Source of the DNA: Callorhinchus milii
Lineage: Eukaryota
Direction of reading: 5' to 3'
Assembly: GCF_018977255.1 (NCBI RefSeq)
Contig: NW_024704742.1
Coordinates: 109,122,001 to 109,186,000, forward strand
DNA length: 64,000 nucleotides
The notes beneath the pieces are model-generated. The model made no database searches and had not been told where the DNA came from. It worked only from the letters and a program-made list of their open reading frames with translations. The stretch's first letter is position 1; each line of letters begins with the position of its first letter. This document shows positions 1-11,174 of the stretch, one piece after another. The position numbers were made by a program, and so were the translations under genes.

Positions 1-84
1 GTTAACGGATTTAGAAACCTCCAATGAAAATAAATGTACCACAAACCACAAAGGAAAACTTGCAGGGAGTTCCTGGTAGCTAGC

Positions 85-1285
85 ATTCACCTAGTGACGG
101 CTGAAACCTGTGCTTGTCAAATGTCGAACAACCAACTAGTTACTATACTCCTTGGGGGCAGGGGGAGGAGGAAAGTGGGGTCTCCTTGGAGCTGAGCTGG
201 CTCCAAAGTGACATGTTTGGCAATGGAATAATGGAGTCGAGCCAACCCTCTGTCGGTCTCAGTAGTCCAGTTTCTGAGAGATGGGTCTGCAGTATTCCAG
301 GGCACTGCTGATGACTGCATAGCATCCGGCTCATCAGCAGAACTTGGCAGGACAGACCAGTCATTGGGGGCAAGGAGGGTTCCCACTCAGCTCCTGCAAG
401 CCAAAGCCCTAACAGATAGGGTGGTCCTAGCTGGACAAGCAATGGGAAAGCTTGCCAAACAGTGATAGCAATGGCAAACTATGTGGTTTAGCTGCTTAGC
501 CCCCTTCAGTACCACAACGCACAGTCTGTGGTCCCCAAGTGGCTCTTACCACACCCCCTCACCCCCCTCCAGGGAGACAATGTGCAGTCCATTCCAACAA
601 TTTATCTTAATAAATCATTCTCTTAAATTATCGTGAGACTGAACAATATTATGCCCAATAGATTTATAAGGACCTGATTGACTTCATACAGGAGAAACTT
701 AGCTAATAGTTCAGGATAGAAAAAACATAAAATACATGCCTGTCCTGAAGCTCACTCCCTTTGATTGTCTTCAGCTCAGCTCAAGTATTGACTCTCCAAC
801 CTTTTATACGTTACTTGGTTATCATAGTATGGATGGCTCTTGCATATGTACTCTTTATGTCACATATGCATTGATCTTTTAACAAAATGTCTTGTGTCTG
901 TTTCCTGTTTTTCCCCCAAATCTTACCAAATTAAGTCATCCCATCATTTTAGTTCTGTATTTTCAGCAGTCTGTAGAGTTCCTTATGTCTAGTGATTAGT
1001 TCTGCAAATCAACAGCTGGTATCAGATAAACATTCCCACCCTTCCCTAGAATGGTTAATGACCATTCTGTGAAAAATTTTGGACCACACGGACCAGGGTT
1101 TTATTAGTATTCTGAAGCTAAATATATTAATCCTTTTAATTCCTTCTCAATTTACATTCAAACAGTAGGTGGGATGCATGGAATTCTCGTTGTGATTTGA
1201 AAAGCATGGTAATGGGTTTTCACATGTCAGACACCCGGCTGACCAAAAAAGGCACAATGGACCGAGCCAATCCCTCTGTGCTGAT
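85..1285 (+). repeat. Unclassified interspersed repeat, interrupted at about 600-1160; relatives at 8757-9190, 20145-20520, 34820-35400 and 47905-48360
   Basis: Shared blocks GAGCTGARCTGGCTCCA, CTGCTGATGA...TCATCAGCAG, CTGGACAAGC and GGTGGGATGCATGGAA. Confidence 0.75.
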
Positions 1286-1734
1286 GTTTCTATAATGTAT
1301 TTCTCAAATGTATATTGTACCAGAGTGCAGGAAAGCTGAATTTCAGGTAGGTTGTTGAAAATAATAAACCATCTCACATGAAAGGTATTGTTTTTTCAGT
1401 TTTTGAAATTATCAAAAGGACATTCTGCACATGCATGTACATACATATATTTATATACTTTTTAAACCCCCAAAAATTTATATACATACAGTACATTTAT
1501 ATATTTAAAAGGTCACAACCTGGCAACCTGCCCATACCTGATTGGCTTTCGCTTTTATACAATAAGGTTCAGACTTGATTTCCATTTTAAATTGAATTTA
1601 TTTAGTAAAAATCCAGTGAGAATTGTATTTTATTACTCATACATCTAGATGCCATACAATTGTGTTTTGTTTAAATACAGCTACATAATTATTCTGGATA
1701 ATATCTTTCTGTACACACACCAAGCTTCATATAA

Positions 1735-2060
1735 GTGGAGTCCTACAGCTCAGTGGTTAGAGCACTCATTTTGCAAGCGACAGACCTGAGTTCAATTCCA
1801 GGCAGAGGGCGAAACCTTGGGCAAGTTTCCTTACTCCACACAGAGCCTAATAATAATCCCTCCAAAACCAAAAACAATAATAAATTGGTCATTTTCAATC
1901 TACGACTGTTTGTGGGACATTGCTGTGCGCAATTGGCTGCCGCGTTTGCCCACAAATATACAGTCAATTCACTTTACAGTCTATTCTGTGAAGCGCTTTG
2001 GGACGTCCTCCCGACGTGAAAAGCGCTATACCAAATGCAAGGATTATTATTATTATTATT
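1735..2060 (+). mobile_element. Full-length young tRNA-derived SINE (tRNA-Ala-like head, Deu-domain-like core, L2-shared tail, (ATT)n end)
   Basis: A-box-like AGCTCAGTGG, TTGCAA anticodon loop, B-box GTTCAATTCC, core TGCTGTGCGCAATTGGCTGCCGCGTT; more than 15 related copies in the window. Confidence 0.9.
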
Positions 2061-2191
2061 AAGTTGGACCAAGATGAGTCTAACCTTTTAAGTTTTGCCC
2101 ACAAAATATACAGTTAATGCACTTTATAGTATATTCTGTGAAGTGCTTTGAGACGTCTTGAAGGCGTGATAAGGCGCGATATCAAATTACA

Positions 2192-2387
2192 ATGTACATC
2201 TGGAAATGCCACCTGGGCAGCTGCCCGAACGTGTTCAGGCATTTCTCTCCTTCCTCGTTTACTGTCACTTTGAAGACGAAGGCTTGAGGGATGGAAAGCA
2301 TAAAGGCGCAGATCCAGGCTGTGGCAGCTAAGGTCTTGGTAGGTAGGGGGGAGTGCAGGGGGTTAACTATCACATGGTGTCTTTCCA
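2192..2387 (-). pseudogene. 196-bp inverted duplicate of GPR150 CDS 3192-3387 (end of TM3 to start of TM5)
   Basis: The reverse complement matches 3192-3387 with no difference that I could see. ORF 2182..2388(-) gives the same ERHHVIV...HFQMYI peptide. Confidence 0.9.
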
Positions 2388-2632
2388 TTATTATCCATTG
2401 TTATTAAGTCAGACCACCTATTTAATCAGTTCATATCCAAAGATGGATAGTTATTTCATTACAGCTACAGCTTAAGGAGTCAATAGTGTTTTGGGGAGAA
2501 AGATTAAACGAAGAACGTTTGTTTTTGTGATTGAACTGAGACGATCGTAGACAGAAAGGCTGATGTCCTCAGTGCGCAGACATCAGAGGGTTCTCCCTCT
2601 GTAAGGCTTTGGGCTGTTGACACTCTGACTGT

Positions 2633-2663
2633 CGTCAGATGACGCGGATCATATCTATATAAG
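2633..2663 (+). promoter_or_regulatory. Putative GPR150 core promoter: two CRE half-sites plus TATA box
   Basis: CGTCA-ga-TGACG at 2633-2644 and TATATAA at 2656-2662, about 120 bp upstream of the ATG. Confidence 0.55.
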
Positions 2664-2779
2664 CACAGACATCAAGGCTCAGTCTGAACAGTCAGAGAAA
2701 AGGTGAGCATCGGATTCTGCCCTATAACCAATCTCCAGCCTTTCACAAGCAGGTAAATCGATTTACCTTTTTCTGTGCC

Positions 2780-3988
2780 ATGGAAAGCCTGATGACCTTG
2801 GAGAGTTTCGTGCAGAGAAACTTTTCCCCTGCTCTGGATGCCTGTTGCAAGGATTCGGCTGGCAATGCCAGCAGCATCTCACCGCCACCACTGTACAACA
2901 GGCAGATCCGCCTCACCTCCATGGCTCTGATTTTCGCCCTGGCTCTGGTGGGCAATCTGGCTGTGCTCCACAGGATCTGCTGCAGCAAACGCAAGAGACG
3001 AAAGATCGATTTCCTCATCACTAACCTGGCAGTGGCGGACCTCTGCGTCTCTGTCATGACTCTGCTCTCCCAGATCATCTGGGAGGCGCTGGAGGACAGC
3101 TGGTTGGCTGGAAACCTGGCCTGCAGGTGCTTCAAAGTTTTCCAAGTCTTTGGACTCATTGCTTCTTCCAGCATCATAGCGATTATCGCTTTGGAAAGAC
3201 ACCATGTGATAGTTAACCCCCTGCACTCCCCCCTACCTACCAAGACCTTAGCTGCCACAGCCTGGATCTGCGCCTTTATGCTTTCCATCCCTCAAGCCTT
3301 CGTCTTCAAAGTGACAGTAAACGAGGAAGGAGAGAAATGCCTGAACACGTTCGGGCAGCTGCCCAGGTGGCATTTCCAGATGTACATCATATACGGCGCC
3401 ATCACAGTCTTCTTCATTCCCTTTTGCATCCTGTGTGTCGCCTACACCAGGATCCTCTGGACCATCTGGAGGAAAGAGCGGCACATGGAAAGTTTCAAAG
3501 CCACGAAAAACGTGGACCCAAAGCAACAGAGGAGACCCATCCGCATCATCGCTGCCAACAGCTCCATTCCCAGAGCGAGAGTGAAGACGCTGAAGATGAC
3601 ACTGGTGATTATTATGCTCTTTACTGTCTGCGGTTTGCCCTACTTTATCATAGAAATGAAAGTGGCTTTCGGGAGCTTCACTGAAGCTGACGCCCAGTTG
3701 CTCGCGGTGTTGGGCATCTTCGTGGTGTCCAACAGCGCCGTCAACCCTTACGTCTACTTGTTCTTCAAGACCAATAACATCTACATGAGGCGCCTGGAGA
3801 AGAGCGCCTGTTTCTCCTGTCTGAGGGATTACAGGGAGAACACATTCCGCAGGGAGCCGTGTGCCTATCCCGCCGGGAAGCGCGGGGAACACTCCAGCAC
3901 CACCACCTCAGACATCATCCACTCGGTGTCCTTTTACAAATCTCCATCTCCTACCAACGAGACGGGGTCTTGTGACAGCTCCATCTGA
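2780..3988 (+). CDS. GPR150: Intronless orphan class A GPCR of the vasopressin/oxytocin/GnRH/NPS-receptor-like group, 402 aa
   Basis: Seven hydrophobic segments; TM1 GN, TM2 NLAVAD, TM3 ERH at the DRY position, TM4 LSIPQ, KTLKMTLVI before TM6, TM7 NPYVY. Single exon next to ARSK and TTC37, as for GPR150 in other vertebrates. Confidence 0.9.
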   Translation: MESLMTLESFVQRNFSPALDACCKDSAGNASSISPPPLYNRQIRLTSMALIFALALVGNLAVLHRICCSKRKRRKIDFLITNLAVADLCVSVMTLLSQIIWEALEDSWLAGNLACRCFKVFQVFGLIASSSIIAIIALERHHVIVNPLHSPLPTKTLAATAWICAFMLSIPQAFVFKVTVNEEGEKCLNTFGQLPRWHFQMYIIYGAITVFFIPFCILCVAYTRILWTIWRKERHMESFKATKNVDPKQQRRPIRIIAANSSIPRARVKTLKMTLVIIMLFTVCGLPYFIIEMKVAFGSFTEADAQLLAVLGIFVVSNSAVNPYVYLFFKTNNIYMRRLEKSACFSCLRDYRENTFRREPCAYPAGKRGEHSSTTTSDIIHSVSFYKSPSPTNETGSCDSSI

Positions 3989-3991
3989 CCA

Positions 3992-4116
3992 GCACTCACT
4001 CACACACTCACACTCACTCACTCACACACTCACACACTCACTCACACTCACACACACACACTTACACTCACTCACTCACTCACACTCACACACACACTCA
4101 CTCACACACTCACACT

Positions 4117-4147
<31 letters not shown>

Positions 4148-4688
4148 ACACACTCACACACTCACACACACACACTCACTCACACACGCACACACACACA
4201 CACACACTCACACACACTCACACACACACTCACTCACACACGCACTCACACACGCACTCACACACACACTCACACACGCACTCACACACTCACACACACT
4301 CACACACACACACACTCACTCGCTCACACTCACACGCTCACACACACACGCTCACACACATACGCTCACACACACACACGCTCACACACACTCACACTCA
4401 TACACACTCACACACACACACACACACACTCACACACACACACACTCTCACACACACACACTCACACTCACTCACTCACACACACTCACACTCACACACT
4501 CACACACACTCATACATACACTCACACTCATACACACACTCACACACTCACACTCACTCACACACTCACACTCACTCACACACTCACACACTCACACTCA
4601 CTCACTCACACACTCACTCACACACTCACACACTCTCACACACACACACACTCATACACACACTCACACTCACACACACTCACACACA
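3992..4688. repeat. Compound (CA)n/(CACT)n microsatellite of about 700 bp immediately after the GPR150 stop
   Basis: Directly visible cacactcact... array. Confidence 0.97.
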
Positions 4689-7129
4689 GCCCTCGGCACC
4701 GACTGATTGTGGCATCTTACCATTTCACCCCCAGATCTGACTCCCCCACAGCTCCCGGGGCAGCAGCAGCACCTCCGGCATTGCAACCAGAGCGACTCTG
4801 CTCTCGAACGCCTTCGATCTCGATTGCTGTGTAACGACTGAACTAATCCATTGTAATTATACCGTTATAATGTTTAGACTCCTCATCAAACGTTTCCTCT
4901 GCAAACCGAAATTCGCAGAGCGAGGCAAAGCCACCAATCGAGTCCAAAGGGCGGATCGCGACAGGTCAGCGCTTTGTGGCAGTAAAAAGTTATTTTTCAC
5001 CGAAAATAACCAATCCTTGGAAACTCGGTGCAGATCCTTCAGTTCAGGTTCATATCAGTATAAGTGAAGTGGGCTGTGTTGGGTGGTACCGACTGTGTTG
5101 TCAGAAATTCAAGGCAATCATATATTTGATTGATTAATGAATGAATGAATGAATGAATTAGTTTAATTAATTAACGTCTGTATGTATTTACCCATTCCAA
5201 CTCACTGGGATTTTGGCTGAACCATAAGAAACCATTAAATCAAAAACGATCCATTCTTACCTGTTCCTTCCAACCAACCCTTTGCCTGGAGCTCTCAAGG
5301 TCTCCAACCAACCTATTCACTAAACTGAAATCCTAACTCATTCTGCTCAGGAAGCTGGTTTGTTTAATTGTCTACGTTAATTCAAATGTTCGTTCAGCAA
5401 AATGCTGAGGAAAATGACAATAACTAAAGTTTTTAAGGTGATAAGTAAAGTCATTTCACTGTATTCTCTATGGGAGGGTTCATAGATTGGGATACATTTT
5501 AAAATCAGAACTCTTCCAATTCCATTTTGTTAGACATTTCTTTTTTTCTGGGGTTCCCTCTGTATGACATTTCACGATAGATTGACCGTGCCTTCAGCTC
5601 CCCTCTCGCCTCTCTACCCCCTCCTCGCTCCCTCCCTTCCCTCCCCTCACCCTGACCATTTCCCCCCAAAGCTCGGGTCCTGACCCAACTGTACAGCGCC
5701 TTGGGACGTCCTCCCGACGTGAAAGGCGCTCTATAAATGGAATCTTGTTGTTGTTGTTGTTCTCTTAATGGGAAAGTATTACTGTATTATAAAGTGGTTC
5801 GGATCCAATTTCTGGTTGGCACAGAGACTGTGATTGGGAACCCATTATAGAAAGAAAATCTTGTGTGGTTAGAGTAATTTAATAGTTGACATGTCTGAAT
5901 ATTGTTTTACATTCTGAACCTTCAAGCGTAGTGATTGTTCTTATAGTCAGATGCAGCAGACCTTTTGCCCACAAAAATACATGATCAATTTACCTGGAGA
6001 CTAGGACACTGGGAGAAACTGAAGGTGCAAACCTATATGCAACATTTTTAAATTTGTAGTTAAAAAATATCTACATAAACTTATTTATTCAGAACAATGT
6101 GCTGTGAATGGGATAATTAATAGTTAAACATCAAAATGGGAGCTAACATTCCACTTACTATTAAATACCACTAACTTTGAGGCCACACTCGCCTCTTTGC
6201 TAGCCTGTAGAGTATTTCGATAAAATGTTTGAATTTGTAACCGTTAAAAGCTGCTGAGCCAATTCCTGAGTCAAGGTGTTAGTTGCCCTGTGGATGGATC
6301 TTAAACATTTTAGTTTTCACTGTAAATTTATTTGGTGGAGAAGGAAACAAATACATCAGTTAATGTGGCTTCTTATTCTCCACCCCTGCCCCCAGCCAGC
6401 TGCTCCATCTATAGCTATCAAAATATATAAGTGTGGTCTGCATTTATTAAAGAAAACTGATTTTGTTTAAAAAATGATTGTGTCACAGGAAGTAATGACC
6501 AATGCTGCTCAAACATTTTAATCTTGATTCAGTCTGCTAGATTTGGTCTTAAACTGGGATATTCATAATTGCAGCTCGCAACAATGTTTTTATATTCAAA
6601 TGTTTGATCTGAACTGGGATTTGATCATAATCAATACTGGTTTTAAATAGGTTTTATTGTATTGTTTCAGTACACTGTTCAGAGTTGTGTGTACATATGA
6701 TCATTGAGGTGTTTAAACCTCTCTTGTGTTTCTGAAAGTCTATAATGTATTCAGTGTTTTGTAGAAATTGTAGTATTTATACGTAATATGTTTTGTTAAT
6801 AAATATACAAATTCTTAAAAGGATACAGATGTGTTTTCTGTAGTACGACTAAAAGCTTCTAATTTTTTAAAATGTAAAACATTTTAAGAATTTAACATAT
6901 TAAGCATTTTCTCTAAGATCCCTTCAGTATCTCTCAGTACCTTTCAACAACCCCAGTCACACATCTCAAAGCATGAAATCAACTCAACATTGATTCAACC
7001 TTTGTTTGTCCTTATTCTATGGCAAAGTGCCTGTTCTGAACAGCAGCTTAAACCTTACCAGGATTTGTGAACTGCCACAACCTCATTTCAGACCCATCCT
7101 TAGTCCAGGCATACAGATGTTCTGTTCTC

Positions 7130-7780
7130 ATTTTCATTTATATAGTGACCTTCACATGGGGAGTGTCTCGAAGCACGTAACAGTAGAGTGGCTTGACACC
7201 GAGCGGGAAAGGGTGGGGAGATGACCTAAGACATGGTTAAAGAGGAAAGGCTGATTTGAAGATGGGAGAAAAACAGAGGTGTTAAGGCTGGTTGTTCCAG
7301 AGATTGGGGCATAGTGGCTGAAAGCACAGCTGCCAATTTTGGAGCTGTGGAGATGAGAGACATGCAGAAGACTCTTGGCAGCTGAGTGAAGGTGGTGGGT
7401 AGAGGAGTGGCATGTGAGCAGATCAGAGAGGCAGGGAGGTGCCATGGTGTGAACAGTTTTGAAAGTGAGAGTGAGGATCTTGATATAGATCCATTCAAAA
7501 ACTGGAGTGATGGGGGTGCGGAGCTTGGTAGAGCGAGGATATGGGCGGCAGAGTTTTGAATCATTTGGACCTTGTAAATAGTAGAGCTGGAGAGACCGTC
7601 AATGAGCGCATTGGAAAAAGTTGAGGCGGGAGGTAACAAAAACATGAATCAGAGTTTCAGCAGTGTTTGAAGTAAGTTAGGGGTGAAGGTGGGTGATGTG
7701 GCGGAGGTGGAGGAAGACAGTCTTAGTCAGGGACTGGATGTGGTGTAGGAGAAATAACTGGGGATTGAACTTGGTGTCTT
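7130..7780 (-). mobile_element. Decayed L2 LINE 3' fragment
   Basis: QMIQNSAAHIL and AFSHYAP motifs in the minus-strand ORFs. Confidence 0.75.
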
Positions 7781-8252
7781 AAAAATATACATTAATTTAC
7801 AAATCAATCCTAACATTTCATATGCATATTAATACTTGCTTTATGGAAGTACAATAATTCAAATACAGCTTAGTGACAACTTTGAACTTACCGTGTACAT
7901 AATTTTACAGAAATACAGCAACTTTACACTCTTGTGACTTATTTTATGGAACCACAAATATATGTGGACCGGAAACGAATAGTGTACATTGTAAATTCTG
8001 TTTCCATTTTAGTATACAATAATTAATATTAAAGGCATATAAAAAAGATTGATATGTGAAGAGGGTTGAGTGAAGTACTATAGGGAGGTCTACAAATATG
8101 GTGTTATGAATGAAGATAAGCCCGAAGAATTTGACTTGTTTTCAGTGGAGAGGAGCACAATCCAGGTCTTAGAAATGCGATGAGATAGAGATAATGTTGA
8201 TGCAACTAATTTAATCAACTTAAATTTTTTTATGTAGAACTAGACGACATTT

Positions 8253-8584
8253 GTGGAGTCCTGTAGCTTAGTGATTAGAGCACTCGCTTTGCAAGCGAGA
8301 GGACCTGGGTTTAATTCCCCAGCAGGGCGAAACGTTGGGCAAGTTTCCTTACTCCACACGCCTGTTTACCTAGCAGTAAGTAGGAACCCAGTTGTTAGTC
8401 GCTTTTCTAGGTGTAATAATTCCCTAAAAAAAAAAATAATTTGGTCACTCAATCCATGACTGTTTATGGGACACTGCTGAGTGCAATTGGTGCTGCGTTT
8501 TGCCCACAAAATATACAGTAATTTTACTGTAAGCGCTTTGAGACACGATAAGGCACTATATCAAATGTTAGAATTATTATTATT
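8253..8584 (+). mobile_element. SINE, same family
   Basis: GTGGAGTCCTGTAGCT head through ATTATT tail. Confidence 0.88.
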
Positions 8585-11174
8585 AGTCAAAACCAGCAAG
8601 TCAAGTAAGATTAGAAATAGGACGTGTTATTGAAACTATCTATTTCTTGGTTCAATTCCACCTGTATTTCTGCCAACTTATAAAATGTTGCCTGTTTCAA
8701 TACATGTTTTAATCAGTTTCTGAAGTCAGTCAACATTATCTTGGTTTATGTCTGTACTGATGATTCAGCACAGCCTGGCTCATCAGCAGGAACTGGAAGG
8801 GCAGACCAGTCACTGGGGGCAGGGAGTCATCCCACTCAGCTCTTGTTAACCCTGCAAGCCAAAGTCCTAATGGGTAGGGTGACCCTAGCTGGACAAGCAG
8901 CAGGAAAGCTTGCCCAACAGCGATATCAATGGCAAGCTATGTGTTTTTAGCTGGTTGGACTCTAGCACTACCCCAACGCACACTCTGGGGTCCCCAAACC
9001 TTGGCTCTTGCCTAATAATCTCCAGAATGAGGTAAGCAGGATGTTTCCCTCCAGGGAGAGTGCACATTCCATTCCATCAATCTGTCTTTGGGATTTCCAT
9101 GTATAGGTGGGATGCATGGAAATCTCAGCTTGATTTGGATACTTGTAAGCATGGTGATGGGTTTCCACATGTGTCAGATACCAGAAAATGACAAACACCT
9201 TGTAATTTATGTCTAAAATGTAGATTTCTTCACAGTTTATTACTGAGTATAATACCACTTGCTGAGATATTTGAGTCTGATTTACAAAAGAGGACTTAAA
9301 ATACAAGCACAGAATTATCTAAACAGATCAAGCACTGTGGAAAATCCAAAGTTGCACTTGGATAGAATCTATAATATAGGATATCATTTCAAAATGTAAA
9401 AGCAGCTCATATTCATATTCTTTTCTGATTATACTGTCATTAAATCTAATCAAACCTCTTTAATAGCCAAAATTCCTGATCTTAGTTAGGGTAGACCGGC
9501 AAGCAATCTGTTGTCATGACTACAGCCACTGATGCCTGAATAGAAACACTAACTTACATCACATAATATAAAGCCTTGAAAGTGAACAGTATAAGGTGAA
9601 TTTGATTTTCGCTTTATTCTTCAGATTTTCAAAGTTCCAGTGTCTAAATATATTTCAGAAAGTAAATTTTGCCCCAAAAAAGTCTTTTACCACGAAGTTC
9701 AAATATGAAAACGAGCAGAATAAGGAAGAATATATACAGAAAAAAGTGAACATGGATTTTTTTTAATGTATTTTCACAAATACCATTACATTTTAATGTC
9801 GTCTTCTAGGATTCAAAATTGAATACTATCCTTTCCAAAATGTATTGCAGCTGGGATCCAGTACAAATGTAGTATTGACAAAGTGTGAGGACTAAAACAC
9901 AACTTTTGACTTGTATACTCTACCGCCCACAACCAAACTATTGATGTCCATCATCCCAGTCTTCACAAAAATGTCACTGGCTTTCTGTCACCCAGCAGAT
10001 CGATTTCAAGATCCTAATCTTCACTTAAAATTTCCTTCATGCTGAGGTAGTTATGGGTTAATCGAAATAGGGTGAATATTTAGGTCATGGAGAGAGGTCA
10101 CAGGTGTTCAGAGCCAGATAGTCTGTTGAATTTATTAGTTTGAGATTATCAATCTGTTTCTCTCTCTTAAGGTGTAAAAATGTTGGTTAGATGCTTTCAA
10201 TTTATGGCTTTTTTGTTAGATTTTGTGAGTTAATAGGTTTTATGTCCTGTTGGAAGTCTTTTAGTCTGGACAATAGTTGAGTTAACAAGTTTATGTTTTC
10301 GAACTGTCAAAGTATGAAGGATTAATTGAAGGATGTAATTCTTAGTCAGTTAGGAGTTGAGTTTGTCAAAGTATGGATTGGGTAAAAAAGTCACACGGGC
10401 ACATTTAAGGTATAAAAGAGAGGGAGTGGAGAATAGTTGAGTTTTGGAGTTTTAACTAACATTTTGCCTTCAATGTCACTAATTATAAAAACTCTGAATT
10501 ATAATTATAAAAACTCTAGGGATGTCCTCCCGACGTGAAAGGCACTCTATAAATGTAATTTTTTTTGTTGTTGTTGAATTTCAGGAACTTATAAGAGATG
10601 CTAATTTGGGCTGAGATTATTCTAATTGTTTACCAGTGGTGGTCCAATTTTGAGGCTCAGTGGTTAGTTATCTTATAAAGTGTAAGATATAAGATCCCCA
10701 ACTCCTTCCACCATAGGCTACAAATCATCCAGAACTCCACCATTGGCGGGCAGGCCTTCTGCCACTCTGCCCCCAACCTCTGGAACTCCATCCCGCAGTC
10801 CCTCTGCCTCGCCCCCTGCCTTACCTCCTTCAAGTCCCATCTCAAGACACTTCTCTTCGACCGTGCCTTCGGTCACCCTCCTTCCCCCACCTGCTCTCCA
10901 CCCTCTCCAATCCCGACCACCAGCTTGGGTCCAAAACACTGATTGTCCAGCGCCTGGGGACATCCTCCTGACGTGAAAGGTGCTATACACATGTAATGTT
11001 GTTGTTATATGTCTTGTTAGTTATATTAATATAGTATTATCAAAGTATTGTATAAGAATTGTGTTTTATTTGTGCCTTGAATGCTCCGAATGCAGGAATA
11101 TATATTGAAGTATATGGGTTTGAATAAATAAATTATTTATTGACAACTTTATCATCATTCATTTTATAACTTTC

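Noticed and set aside
305..340. CTGATGA motifs in the unclassified repeat as hammerhead or C/D-box RNA
   Set aside because: No stem II plus GAAA follows; the motif is simply paired with its own inverted copy.
1735..1810. tRNA-Ala-like gene (and similar heads of other copies)
   Set aside because: It is the head of a SINE, continuing into core and tail, with no intact acceptor stem.
2743..3892. Long antisense and alternative-frame ORFs over GPR150
   Set aside because: Shadow ORFs of a GC-rich coding exon, with no recognisable motifs.
3861..4706. 281-aa His/Thr-rich ORF overlapping the end of GPR150
   Set aside because: It is a translation of the CA/CACT microsatellite, which lacks stops by composition, and it has no ATG start.
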